A stretch of 64,000 bases of DNA, taken from NCBI GenBank assembly GCA_951406725.2, contig OX597819.1, forward strand, positions 116,870,001-116,934,000, given 5' to 3'. How positions within the stretch are numbered: the stretch's first letter is position 1; the number at the start of each line of letters is the position of its first letter. The notes below the pieces were generated by a model, which worked only from the letters and a program-made list of their open reading frames with translations, was not told the origin of the DNA and did not search any database. The position numbers and the translations under genes were made by a program. Positions 11,896-25,610 of this stretch are shown here, piece by piece. The stretch is from Octopus vulgaris. Its lineage: Eukaryota.

Positions 11896-12469
11896 GCTAA
11901 TTCTTCATTTGCTAAAACTTAGTATTTCAATTCCTGTTTTAATTCCCCAGCCCTTCAGGTTTTAGATACTTTAGTGCAGTTTATTTCTCAAACACAATTT
12001 AAGCGTTTTGCGCACTAGACGTTGTGACATCGGTTTGACAAAAATCTTCCCCAAATATTAAAATTTCGCTATTTTAAGCACATGCACAAAAAGGACGACG
12101 ACACGGGTTCGCTACCAGACCCTGCTCAATGTTTTGTCAAATTGGTCCTGCCCGTTAATATAGTTTTAAATTTTTTGAAAATTGTCGAAATTTGATGTAA
12201 AATGTTTCATCTCTATAAACAGACATCCTATTAACGGTAATTAATATACCATTGTTTTGATTTGCTAAAACTTATTATTTCAATTCGTTGTTTTAATTTC
12301 CTAGCGTTTCAGATTTTAAATAAGGAAGTGCATTTTATTTCTCAGGCATTCCATGCATTTCTCAGTATTCCATGCATAACCATAATTTTACTTACTGGCA
12401 ATCAAACTACATTTCTGCAAACTACTACTTATATACAAGATTTAACTTATCAGTATAGGTCTTCTTGTG

Positions 12470-12775
12470 GAGGCGCAATGACCCAGTGGTACGGGCAGCG
12501 GACTCACGGTCTGAAAATCGCGGTTTCGCTTCCCAGACCGGGTGATGCGTGTGTTCATTGAGCGAAACCAGCTAAAAACTCCATAAGGCTCCGGCAGTGG
12601 GTGGTGGCGACCCCTGTTGTACTCTTTCACCACAACATTCTCTCACGCTTCCTTCCTGTTTCTTGAGTAACGCTGCGATGGACTGGCGTCTCGTCCAGCT
12701 GGGGGGAACACATACGCCACAGAAATCAGGATCAAGGGCCCATGAACCTGGCTACCCTTGAAAAAGGCGCATTAA
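12470..12775 (+). mobile_element. SINE S4
   Basis: Homologous to 29620-29930 and 10368-10660. Confidence 0.85.
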
Positions 12776-13154
12776 AAAATTAAAAATATCTCTTCTTAAC
12801 TTGCGAATACTTTAGAGTTCAGATTTGCGTGAAGTTACTACGTGAACCGTAACTATTATAGGTTCAGTATCTAATATCAGTCTTTTAAGACTGTGGATAT
12901 TCTCATGTGATCCTCAATTTATTTACTTTATAAGTACGGACTTCTTATCTACCATATCACTTATGTAAAAGGGATTTTAGTCCTCAGATTGGATAACCTG
13001 GATTATTTTGTCAAAACACGAAACATATATGATTTTAGCAGTTTAGCATGAGTGGATTTCGCACACGGAAACCGAACGGAACGAATACAGTCGTATCTAT
13101 GTGTATATTCTGTGTGTGTGTGTGTGTTTCTATATCTGTATATATATATGTATA

Positions 13155-13229
<75 letters not shown>

Positions 13230-13230
<1 letters not shown>

Positions 13231-13402
13231 GGAGAATTCACAAAAAGCAAAAGACGCAGATAGGTGATGTAGACTACAAACAGATGCATTAGTATTGCGC
13301 TCGGAAAGTCAAAAAAGTCTTCAACGTTTCGAGCCTATGCTCTTCCACAGAACGGAACAAAGAAAGAAATAAGGAGAGAAAATAAAGAGAGAAAAATAAA
13401 GA
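13230..13402 (-). mobile_element. PLE-tail-like repeat with minimal hammerhead-like motif (13319-13353)
   Basis: Minus strand CTGTGGA-a-gagc(atag)gctc-GAAAC-GTT; same family as 7370-7592. Confidence 0.65.
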
Positions 13403-14530
13403 ATACACACACACACACACACACACATTTATATATATATATATATATATATATAGCAGAACAAGTAATAGGGAGTTCTTGATACAATATTATATTGTTG
13501 AAAAATAAATAGAAATGACTTTTCTGATTATCTTTCCACTTTAATACTCAGATGTTCATAAATAATTAGATTATTACAGAAGTATACTCAAATAGGGGAT
13601 GGGGTCCTGCTTGAAAGAGATTTTAAAACTGCTTTAGAATGTGTTATACAGTGATTGAATAGGGAGTATTTAATTCTAAATATACATCGATACACAAACT
13701 TACACACACACAAACCCACACGCGCACGCACACGCACAGAGACACACACATACATTACATATACCCATATGTATAACAAATATATGGAGACGTACACACA
13801 CAGGTATACAGAAGTATACAAACGCACACACACAGAAAAATAGGTCTTTACACGTGTACACACGGAGATAAAACAACAAACCCCCATATACATGTATTTA
13901 TTTACATATATTCATACATGCTAACATAAAAAAAGCAGGTAGGAGAATTAAGTAGATCAAGAAGGAAGAATTAGAAATTTTGTGTATAGTCATTTTTGAA
14001 GGAAATAGTTCTATATAGTGGTTCTATATAAATGGTTCTAGAGAATGAAAAAGGTACCCGCTAGCAAGTTACCCACAAACTGAAGAATCTGAAACAGAAA
14101 AAGTAAGGACGTTACATTGAATAATGAAAACATAACATTGGTGTTGCCATAGTGTGCAGCACAGCTGGGAAAGGTTTTAGCTACATCGATTCACAAAAAA
14201 TCGAGAAATCATAATTTTGACTCCTAAGTGATTTGCGTGGTGCTGGGTGTATATATAACTAATTGTTTTTATCTATTGATGTATTTACTGGCAATATTTG
14301 GTCAGTGCTATATAAGCATTTCCGCTGGAAATTTAAGAATTATAAATGTTTGATTGCAATGCTTGGATCTTTTCCGTCCCTTTTAGAGCAAGTCGAAATG
14401 ATGCTCCTCCACATTGAAAAGCCATCTAAATTCGGAATGAAAATGTAAGGGTAATAATTTTAGAGCTAAATATAAAATTATCTGGAAGACCTCAGAGGGT
14501 ACGAACTTCAGACATCGACTTCAACAATGT

Positions 14531-14882
14531 AGGCGTAGGAGTGGCTATGTGGAAAGTAGCTTTCTTACCAACCACATGGTTCCGGGTTCAGTCCCACTGC
14601 GTGGCACCTTGGGCGAGTGACTTCCACTATAGCCTCGGGCGGACCAAAGCCTTGTGAGTGGATTTGGTAGACGGAAACTGAAAGAAGTCCGTTGCTTGAC
14701 AATCGATGCTGGTGTGTTTACGTCCCCGTAATTTAGCGGCTCGGCAAAAGAGAACGATAGAATAAGTACAAGGCTTACAAAGAATATGTCCTGTAGGTCG
14801 ATTTGCTAAAATAAAGGCAGTGCTCCAGCATGGCCACCGTCAAATGACTGAAACAAGTAAAAGAGTAAAAGAGAGAAAAGAG
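14531..14882 (+). mobile_element. SINE S2, near full-length reference copy
   Basis: tRNA-like head (GGCGTAGGAGTGGCT...GGTTCAGTCCC) and (GTAAAAGA)n tail; at least 9 copies in the window. Confidence 0.9.
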
Positions 14883-15417
14883 TAATGTATCTCAATTAAA
14901 AAGGGATTTTACTTTTTAAAATAAATAAATGAAACTGAACATTACACATTAATGGTATTGAGATATTGTTTGTATTCAACTGACCTTGCTTATTTTATCA
15001 ATCTGTAAAATATAGATTGTGTTTTTTTAATTTTCTTTTCTTTGTTATGTTGCTGCATTTTTCATTTTCATTCACACAAGATGCACGCACAAAATTACAT
15101 AGATGAACACACTTATAAACTACATGTGTACGTTTAGTTATTGAATGATTCTTAGCGAACGGGAAGAAAATGGTTATATAAAAATGCTTACATAAACATA
15201 CTTACATAAATATATTTCTGTGTACATATTATATTTCCATTTTTAGAGAATTACATAATGTATCGTAGTGAGGAATATTATAAATTTAAGCTGTGGAAGT
15301 AAAATTATGTTTTATACGACTTTTACTAATCTTAAACGCAGAAATATTGCACATCGCTATTCAAAATTCAATGGAATCTCCCAATTCCTCTCTCTCTCTC
15401 CCTCCCTCTCTTTCCTC

Positions 15418-15497
<80 letters not shown>

Positions 15498-15559
15498 ACG
15501 TGCGTGCGCGCGTGTGTGCGTGAGTATATATATATATATATATATACATATACTACGTG

Positions 15560-15921
15560 CTCCTTTCTGTTTCTAAGTCAATTACCAAATCCACTCACAA
15601 GCACTAGTCGGTCCGAGGGTATAGTACAGCATACATGCTGCAGGACCTGCTTAGTGGGACTGAAACCAGAACCATATGTATGGGAAGTAAGCTTTGTATG
15701 ACTCACTCTAGGCTACACTAACGGTGGGCCACACATACTACATACTGCACACATACCGCACCTTATCAATCTCTCCTCTCACACATGCACACATACGCGC
15801 ACACGGACTTACTCTCACACACACAAACGCACATGTACCTCCACACAAACAACACACACGGAGAAAGAAATCGCTATCGATTCGCAGATTGTTACATATA
15901 TATATATATATATATATATAT

Positions 15922-15970
<49 letters not shown>

Positions 15971-16376
15971 TCTTTTACTCTTTTACTTGTTTCAGTCATT
16001 TTTACTGCGGCAATGCTGGAGCACCGCCTTTAATCGAGCAACTCGACCCCTCGACTTATTCTTTTGTAAGCCCAGCACTTATTCTATCGGTCGCTTTTGC
16101 CGAACCGCTAAGTAGCGGGGACGTAAACACACCGGCATTGTTTGTCAAGCAATGTTTGGGGGACAAACATAGAAACATAAACACACACACGCATATATAT
16201 ATATACATATATACGACGGGATTCTTTCAGTTTCCGTCTACCAAATCCGCTCACAAGGCATTGGTCGGCGCGAGGCTATAGAAGAAGACACTTGCCCAAG
16301 GTGCCACGCAGTGGGACTGAACCAGGAACCATGTGGTTGGTAAGCAAGCTACTTACCACACAGCCATTCCTGCGCC
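15560..16376 (-). mobile_element. Two SINE S2 copies (15560-15720 partial; 15970-16376 full)
   Basis: Reverse-complement homology to 14531-14882. Confidence 0.85.
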
Positions 16377-16381
16377 ATATA

Positions 16382-16431
<50 letters not shown>

Positions 16432-16437
<6 letters not shown>

Positions 16438-17053
16438 GCACGTCAGTAACAAGAAACAAGATGAAATACGAAGAGAAATGAGTGGCAATACGCAAACAAC
16501 GATGCAAGATATGGAAAAGAAAACAAGTAAGACAAAGAGCAACCCTTCATCAGTCGTCGGCACTCTATCCACTCCTCATTTCGAGCGTTGAACAACAAGA
16601 TTAGCCTTTGAAGACTGTTGCTCGCATAAGTACCAAAATAATATTTTGGATCTACAGAGAGTAAAGCTGGGAATAAAATCAGCACGGTGGAGACATAGAA
16701 GGAAACCGAACGAAAAGAATCGTTAGACAGAATGAAGATAAAGTAGCGAACGGTGGCGAAATATTTTCATTGAAAAGACTAAAGATAGAAGCGAGATATA
16801 TAATACGTCCAGACATTAGGACAGTCCTGAAGGAAAAGGAAGATGATCACGTGTGGAAAAGAAAGACGGACGTTGGTCACATATGAGCAATGAAAGAGAG
16901 AGAGAGAAAATAAGGGAGGAGACAGATAGAAAACAGTCAAGGGGAGAAAAAGATGAGGAGCAAAACAGTATAGATTAGAGTCGCATCCAGAAAGATTAAA
17001 ATAAACTAGTTTTGAAATGGATGAGTGGCGTTAAAACAAGTAATATAAATAAC

Positions 17054-17102
<49 letters not shown>

Positions 17103-17262
17103 TATATTGATACCGGACGTCACCGACAGTAAACTACATGAAATACGAAAACAAATGAGTCCAGTACGCAAACAACGAAAGAAACAAAGGGATAACAGGA
17201 CAAGTAACACAAAGCCCAGCCCTTCTTCAGTTCTTTGCTGTCTACTCATTTCGAGCATTGAA
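16432..17262 (-). mobile_element. Two related repeat fragments (16432-16600 and 17110-17262), probably PLE UTRs
   Basis: They share atgaaatacg...tacgcaaacaacga...cccttc(a/t)tcag...ctcatttcgagc, and each abuts (TA)n. Confidence 0.5.
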
Positions 17263-17469
17263 CACAGACACATACGCGCACGCATACACGCAGATAAACG
17301 CACACACACATGTTTACATATATAAATGCATACCCCAACTCGTATTTATTGGTTTAAGAAGAATGTACTCGACCATATAGAAATAATGATAAATGAACAT
17401 TAACTCATAATGAAAGGCAAATGAGGAGAATGCTTTCAACAAGTCAATATTTTGAATATCCATATTCTT

Positions 17470-18177
17470 CTTTACTCTAGCCACACAGCCCAATATTTTA
17501 GCGGAGTGGCTAGTCGATTAGATCGACCCAGTACGCAGCTGGTTCATAATTAATCGACCTTGAAAGAGGTGAACTCAGAACATTAAGACAGACGAAATAC
17601 CTATTTATTTACTACACACAAGGGGCTAAACACAGAGAGGGCAAACAGGGACAGACAAACGGATTAAGTCGATTAGATCGACCCAGTACGCAGTTGGTTC
17701 ATAATTAATCGACCTCGAAAGGGGTGAACTCAGAACATTAAGACAGACGAAATACCTATTTCTTTACTACCCACAAGGAGCTAAACACAGAGAGGGCAAA
17801 CAGGGACAGACAAACGGATTAAGTCGATTATATCGACACCAGTGCGTAACTCGTACTTATTTAATCGACCCCGAAAGCATGAAAGGCGAAGTCGACCATG
17901 GCGGAATTTGAACCCAGAACGTAGCGGCAGACGAAATACCTATTTCTATTTCTTTACTACCCACAAGGGGCCAAATACAGAGAGGACAAACAAGGACAGA
18001 CAAAGGTATTAAGTCGATTATATCTACCCCAGTGCGTAACTGGTACATATGTAATCGACCCCGAAGGGATGAAAGGCAAAGTCAATTCGGCGAAATTTGA
18101 ACTCAGAACGTAACGGCAGACGAAATACGGCTACGCATTTCGCCTGGAATGCTAATGTCTCTACCAGCTGGCCGCCT
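17470..18177 (-). mobile_element. SINE family S5 with an internal tandem multimer (~4 units of ~155-185 bp)
   Basis: The block gtcgattagatcgacccagtacgc...gaactcagaac...gacgaaatacctatt...gacagacaaacggattaa is repeated, and a tRNA-like head lies at 18130-18177. Confidence 0.85.
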
Positions 18178-18357
18178 TATTCTTAATGTCCATATTGATT
18201 ATTCCCTGTTATTAGCATTGGTCTCCCAATGTTTTAACTAATCATCGTTACCAACAGCATGTGCAAATATGATGTTCTCTGCATATGACTCATTCGATAT
18301 ATTGTAATAAGTAGAAGCTTAAAATAAATATTTTGCAATGTAATACGGATATACAGA

Positions 18358-18433
<76 letters not shown>

Positions 18434-19039
18434 GCATGTATATGGATGTTTCCTTACATATATGTCTTCTGTTTCTATACAGAAACATATAAATACAAAG
18501 ATTGATATACACACAGACACAGAGACACATACAAGCATCCATTCACACAATACACACACACTGACTCTCACACAGAGCCATAAACACATACACACACACA
18601 CACACACACACACGTATGGATTCATAGATCTATATGAAAGCGTATATGCTGATAACATCATGCAAATGGGGTTATATGTTAATATATAGCAGTTTGGAAA
18701 TTTATGTTGATTTGTTATATGCGACTGTAAAATGCCTTGTGCAAACTTAAAACATTTTCTAAAATTCTCTAAATTTCCACAAGCTGTCTGGATAAAATAA
18801 CTCGCATCATTTGTTTAGTATTCCCGTTTTTTTTCAGTTCACTTCCTTCCAACTACAAACGTAAGTTTCATCACTTAAGGAACAGCTCCTACTGATATAA
18901 GTAAATATTCCTAGGTTCTACGAAAGATGTCTGCACGTTAAGTTTTGGCGATTAATGCCGGTTAATGATGACTTTACTGATTATACTTACATATAAGACT
19001 CACATATACAGGGACAAAGTTGTGTATAGATGTATATAT

Positions 19040-19446
19040 TCTTTTACTTGTTTTAGTAATTTTACTGCGGCCATGCTAGAGCACCGCCTTGAAGGGTTTT
19101 AGTCGAACAAATCGACTCCAGGACTTATTTTTAAGCGTAATACTTTTTCTGTTGGTCACTTTTGTTAAGCGGTGATAGAGGAACAAACATAGTCACAACA
19201 ACACACACACGCACTCTTACACACACACACACACGCACACGCACACACACACAAACACGCACACAGACACACAAACTTATATACAGCGGGCTTTTTCTGT
19301 GTCTGTCTACCAAATCTAGTCACAAGGCTTTGGTCGGCTCTAGTCTATCGAAGAAGACACTTGCCAAAGGTGTCGCGCTGTCGAACTAAACATGGAGCCA
19401 TGTGGTTGGGAAGCAAGCTTCTTACCGCACAGCCACACCTGCGCCT
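19040..19446 (-). mobile_element. SINE S2
   Basis: Reverse-complement homology to 14531-14882. Confidence 0.85.
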
Positions 19447-19458
19447 ATAAAGAATGAT

Positions 19459-19540
19459 TGTCGGAAGTGGAATGCGAACCAACGCCCACATTTATAGGTC
19501 CAGAACTTGAGTCTGGCGCCTTAAGACCACTCGAGCACTC
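19459..19540 (-). pseudogene. tRNA-Leu(CAA) pseudogene, intronless
   Basis: Minus strand gagtgctcgagtggtcttaaggcg-ccaga-ctCAAgt-tctgg, long variable arm, ggttcgcattcc-acttccgaca. The 5' acceptor strand is lost and the T loop is damaged. Confidence 0.75.
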
Positions 19541-19561
19541 TTTTCACATATGTACATGTAT

Positions 19562-19599
<38 letters not shown>

Positions 19600-20015
19600 G
19601 TATGTGTGTGTATGCATGTGTGTGTCCGTGTGTGTGTGTATCTGTGTGTTATTTTATTCATAACTTTATGTGTGCTTGTTCATTTACTGTGTGAAGTAAT
19701 TATTTGAAGTTCTCTCGAAAGTCATGGCTTATGACTTCAACAATATACAATTCGCACCTGCATGATTAAAGATTCTAAAATGGATACAGAATTTCAAATG
19801 ATTACTTTGAGAAAGTCGTAGAGAACCTCTCATTTCTACAGAATTTGTGGTTTCGATAAATCCTTTATCTAAAATGACTTTTCTAACCAAAATTTACATG
19901 TTACTATTTATAGCATTATCACACGCAGTGTCACACACATACCCCCAAAACGTATATATAAATACATATATTAATTAATTTTATTTCTATGTATTCGTTT
20001 ATGTTTTTTACTGTT

Positions 20016-20380
<365 letters not shown>

Positions 20381-20395
20381 ATATATTTATATATA

Positions 20396-20451
<56 letters not shown>

Positions 20452-20482
20452 ATATATGTACACATATCTCTCTCTCTATATA

Positions 20483-20521
<39 letters not shown>

Positions 20522-21917
20522 ATCCATATCTATGTATGTATATATCTATGTTTTCCTTTTATGTATGTACTCACACACATACACATATATATATGCGTAC
20601 ATATATGTGCGTATTTGTGGGCACACGTTTGTGTTGTTTTGTAAGAAAGATGAAATAAATGTGAAACGTTCTGTTAAGTTAATAGCCGTCTTGAAATGCT
20701 AATGCAAAGCTGGCAGCTATAATAATGTTTTGTAAAATCGTAATTATATCACGGCTCCTGGGGAATATTTATAAAATAAATATCTATCGGCAATAACCCT
20801 AGGTCAGTCGATGACCCTTTAAGGTTAATAGCTATCAGATGCAATAATTGTACAAATTTATAGAAGCTGAATAATATTGGGTTGCGATCGATAACTTTTG
20901 AGAATGGGGATGTTTGCTCTTGTGGCATTAACTTTTAGAACATTATTTTGCCCACTCAGTCACCAGAATATTTATCCACCTTCTTGTGATGTTATATTCT
21001 TAAGTTATTGCTTTTTCTCTATGCTTTGTATATCACATTAAGATTCATTTTGTTTTATTTAAAATATAATCATGCCATTCTCTTTCTGTCTCAGTCGCCA
21101 CCGACAACCTTACTTTGTATCTTTCATTTACTTGTTACTGGACAATTGTTTGCTCCCCGCCAAGGTTCAAGTGTCTTGAACCAAACAGTAATAGAGTACA
21201 TTTGCTACCGCTCCTCCCACATTGAAGAGAATAAGGGAGAGACCATCACTACGAGAAGCTTTCATCTTATTCGTAAATAGTTGCTATGTAAGTTTAGTAC
21301 TGTAAATTTAAACGAATATCGTTGGCACATAAATGCATACACACAGACATATTATATGTAAGGTAAAGAAAAATACACTTACACACACATATTTATATCT
21401 ATATGTAAAGAAAAGAATGCAAACAATACGTTACTTAGATGTTCTTTTTTGTAGGTGCGTAGTATAAGCTTAATCAGGACGTGTCTAACTAATCAAATAT
21501 TTGCTATAAATGAAGAAGCCTTAACCCTATTCAGTTTAAAAGGCAGGACTTCATTTGTCATTAGTAAATTTGGCCCCCATGATATGAAACAGTTCATGTC
21601 ACCATAATTGCTGCAGACAACTGATTTTGGGACATGGAAGTGCTATTAATGCGAAACTACATTACAAGGATATAAAGGAAGCAACTCCTATGTGATTCTA
21701 ATTGGAAACAGCAGCACATGTTGAATAAAAGTGCTAGCTAAATATTCAAGCTGTAGTTAGTAATGTACATTACACAAATCCAATGAGCTTCGCATCTGTG
21801 TTGCGATTTTAAAGACAATAATGCAGTTTAATACAGTGTTAGTGGTAGCTTTGGGAAATACGTAATCAACATCAGTATGAATGAAATCTCTCTACAATGT
21901 TCCAAATAATATTCATG

Positions 21918-22340
21918 TCTAATCGAGGCACAAGGCGCGAAATTTTGGAGGAAGGGGCCAGTCGATTAGATCGACTCTTGAACTCAACTGGTAATTAATT
22001 CATCGCTCCCGAAATGATGAAAGGCAAAGTCAAACTCGGTGGAATTTGAAATCATAACTTAAAGACAGACGAAATACTGCCTATCACTTCGCCCGGCGTG
22101 CTAACGTTTCTTATTTCTTTACTTTCCACAAGGCGCTTAGACAAAGAGGGGACAAACATGGACAAACAAGCGTATTATGTCGATTATATCGACCTCCAGT
22201 GCGTAACTGGTACTTATTTAATCGACCCCAAAAGGGTGAAAAGCAAAGTTGACCTCGGCGGAATTTGAACTCAGAACGTAGCGGCAGGCGAAATACCGGC
22301 TAAGCATTTCGCCCAACGTGCTAACGTTTCTGCCAGCTCC
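21918..22340 (-). mobile_element. SINE S5, dimeric
   Basis: Same units as 17470-18177. Confidence 0.85.
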
Positions 22341-22689
22341 TTACGTTAGTGTTCCGAATAATATTGTTTCAGCCATGACCTTGTTATTTAGAGCTCCCAA
22401 ATAAAGAGGACGCGTGATTGGACACAGAGAAGTCAAAAAGTCAGTTATACCCCACCCTTGTGCATTCAGGCGCCATTTCGTCTAGAATACATATGGATGC
22501 TATCTATGTACTCTATGTCGGTCTATATAATAAGTTATTAGAAAATCAAATTTATTTCAAGAAGGGAGTGGTAAATGTCTGTTGGTCACTGGAATAGTAT
22601 TTATGCAGATACATGTTTTCATTTTGAAAAAACTCTTACATACACATACTTACAGACACCAACACTTAGACATATATGCATACATATAC

Positions 22690-22926
22690 ATATGATGGGC
22701 TTCCTTCAGTTTCCGTCTAGTGATTACACTCAAAAGAATCTGGTCGGCTTGTTGATATAGTAGAAGCCACATACTTGCCAAGGTGCCACTCAGTAGAACT
22801 GAAAAACGAACCCAGGAACCACACACACACAGATTGATAGATATACCGATACATATATATACATACACACATATAAATGTACATATATATATATATACAT
22901 ACACTCACACACACACACACACACAC

Positions 22927-23022
<96 letters not shown>

Positions 23023-23207
23023 CACATATATCCGGGATTCCATCGCTGACGGAGACAAAGGTCCCAGTTGATCTGATTAACGGAACGACTTGCTCGTGAA
23101 ATTAACGTGCAAGTGGCTGAGTACTCCACATACACGTGTTCTTGCCGGGAATGGAACCCACGACTTTACGATCGTGAGCCGAATGCCCTTGCCAGTAAGT
23201 CACGCGC

Positions 23208-23211
<4 letters not shown>
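22690..23211 (-). mobile_element. SINE S2 fragment (22690-22815) and SINE S3 (23032-23211)
   Basis: Homology to other copies in the window. Confidence 0.7.
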
Positions 23212-23271
<60 letters not shown>

Positions 23272-24530
23272 ATGTATGTGTATATGTATGTGTGTGTGTG
23301 TGAGAGTGTGAGTGCATGTGCTTGTGTGTGTATGTATTTAAATACACACACACTGACACACACACATATATATGTTGTGAAGATGGGGTCAAAATACAAG
23401 CTGTGTCTCTGAAAGCAGATTTTCTTATTGCAGTATTCCAAATCCGTAAATAGACCTTACATTTCTGTGAGGTAAGCATGTGTGTGGAAAATTCGAGTAG
23501 ATACTTCCTTCAGAGAAATTATATATCAAATGATATCAAATAATTTCATTCACTGTCTGAGGAATTTCCATTATGAGTTATCTTACATGTTCCGCCTATG
23601 TGTATAATTTAGTAACTCATATTAGTAAATGAAACATATATATGTATATGTGTGTATGTGCGTATGTATATACATATCCATGTATGTGATTATATATGTA
23701 TGTTTGTTTGTATATATGTCTTTACGTATGTCTGTGCCTGTATATACATATACGATCGTGTGTCTGTGTGTGTGCATGCATGGATCTACATATATGTGTG
23801 TATGCATGTACACGCACACGCATATAGATATTGCATGATTATGTGTGTGTGTGTGTGTGTGAAGTAATGGTGTGCACGAGTGAGTGTGTATATGTGTGCG
23901 TGTGTGTGTGTATGTGTGCGTTTCCATGATTATCTATGTGTAACACATTCTTGCGTATGTATGCGTACGTAGATGTGTTTGTATGTATATGTATACCCAC
24001 ATATATGTATATATCTATATATAATAATCATTTGAGGGAATATTAATCCTAACTTACAGGGAAAAAATTCAATTTAGAAATACTTAATCAAATTTCACAC
24101 AATATAATATATATATATATATGTATTCCCCCTTTTAGTAGAAGGAATAGCTATATCTCTTTGACTGCTATTTCTAAATTCGGTGTGTTGGTGAGGCAAT
24201 TCGTTGCTAAACCCTTAATTACTTAGTATTACTTAAATTTTCCTCGAATGGGGCTTTTACATGCCGAAATCTACTTGGTGTAATTGATAATTATCCCTAA
24301 TTAATTAATTTCACCCTTTATTATTACTGATAACCATATTTTATCCCAGTAAATGACCGCAGCATTTTGTCTTGGCTACACGCGGGTGGAAGGGGGCTGG
24401 TGACACAAACTTTCATTCAAACTTTGAATTTCGTGGTACTGGTAATGCTTTGGCTCGCTCTGACACTGAGTTGAGATGATGCATTCTAGTATCTCAAAAT
24501 TTAATATACAATTATTCATAATTGTAGTAT

Positions 24531-24622
24531 CCTGCGCCGATGAGAGAAGAAGTTTGGGTAAAGTAGAATTTTCTAATTCTTATGCTATCCTAAAACTTGA
24601 TCTCGAAACGTACGTCCGTAGG
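24531..24622 (+). ncRNA. Type I hammerhead ribozyme, tandem unit 1
   Basis: cctgcg-CCGATGA-gaga[long hairpin]tctc-GAAAC-gtac-GTC-cgtagg, with a palindromic stem III/loop (acgtacgt). Predicted cleavage after 24616. Confidence 0.85.
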
Positions 24623-25118
24623 TAACTTAAAATTGCATGATAGATTGCCGTCATTTCATTCTTTCTTTCTTACCTGTCTGTGTTTGCCTTTCAAGTGCTG
24701 TGTTTTTACTGAGATCCCCCTTTTAGTAGAAGGAATAGCTATATCTCTTTGACTGCTATTTCTAAATTCGGTGTGTTGGTGAGGCAATTCGTTGCTAAAC
24801 CCTTAATTACTTAGTATTACTTAAATTTTCCTCGAATGGGGCTTTTACATGCCGAAATCTACTTGGTGTAATTGATAATTATCCCTAATTAATTAATTTC
24901 ACCCTTTATTATTACTGATAACCATATTTTATCCCAGTAAATGACCGCAGCATTTTGTCTTGGCTACACGCGGGTGGAAGGGGGCTGGTGACACAAACTT
25001 TCATTCAAACTTTGAATTTCGTGGTACTGGTCATGCTTTGGCTCGCTCTGACACTGAGTTGAGATGATGCATTCTAGTATCTCAAAATTTAATATACAAT
25101 TATTCATAATTGTCGTAT

Positions 25119-25210
25119 CCTGCGCCGATGAGAGAAGAAGTTTGGGTAAAGTAGAATTTTCTAATTCTTATGCTATCCTAAAACTTGATCTCGAAACGTA
25201 CGTCCGTAGG
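25119..25210 (+). ncRNA. Type I hammerhead ribozyme, tandem unit 2
   Basis: Same motif 588 nt downstream; predicted cleavage after 25204. Confidence 0.85.
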
Positions 25211-25401
25211 TAACTTAAAATTGCATGATAGATTGCCGTCATTTCATTCTTTCTTTCTTACCTGTCTGTGTTTGCCTTTCAAGTGCTGTGTTTTTACTGA
25301 GATCCCCCTTTTAGTAGAAGGAATAGCTATATCTCTTTGACTGCTATTTCTAAATTCGGTGTGTTGGTGAGGCAATTCGTTGCTAAACCCTTAATTACTT
25401 A

Positions 25402-25443
<42 letters not shown>

Positions 25444-25484
25444 CGGAGATGTACTCGCAATTCGTTGTGCTGAAACTAAACCCT

Positions 25485-25579
25485 TAAAGCCATTTAAGAA
25501 ACACACAAAGCCGTACTTATTTTCGTCGCTAAAATCCGCGACCTGTTCACTGACAAAGTCCGTGCTGCATCTAAGAAAG

Positions 25580-25610
<31 letters not shown>

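Larger units (their letters stand above)
24128..25403 (+). mobile_element. Head-to-tail tandem of a 588-bp non-coding unit (~2.2 copies), retrozyme/pLTR-like
   Basis: cccccttttagtagaagg recurs at 24128, 24716 and 25304 (period 588). I saw only two substitutions between units. One hammerhead per unit, with (TA)n on both flanks. Confidence 0.9.

Noticed and set aside
16540-16590. GAAA...CTGAWGA order suggesting a type II hammerhead (also ~17225-17255, 47605-47641, 56885-56903, 61954-61988)
   Set aside because: I could not close stems I and III with a valid NUH triplet by eye. It needs family consensus sequences, so it is not called.
17507-18130. Regularly spaced repeats resembling a CRISPR array
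   Set aside because: Whole units repeat with no unique spacers, they are SINE-derived, the context is eukaryotic and there are no cas genes.
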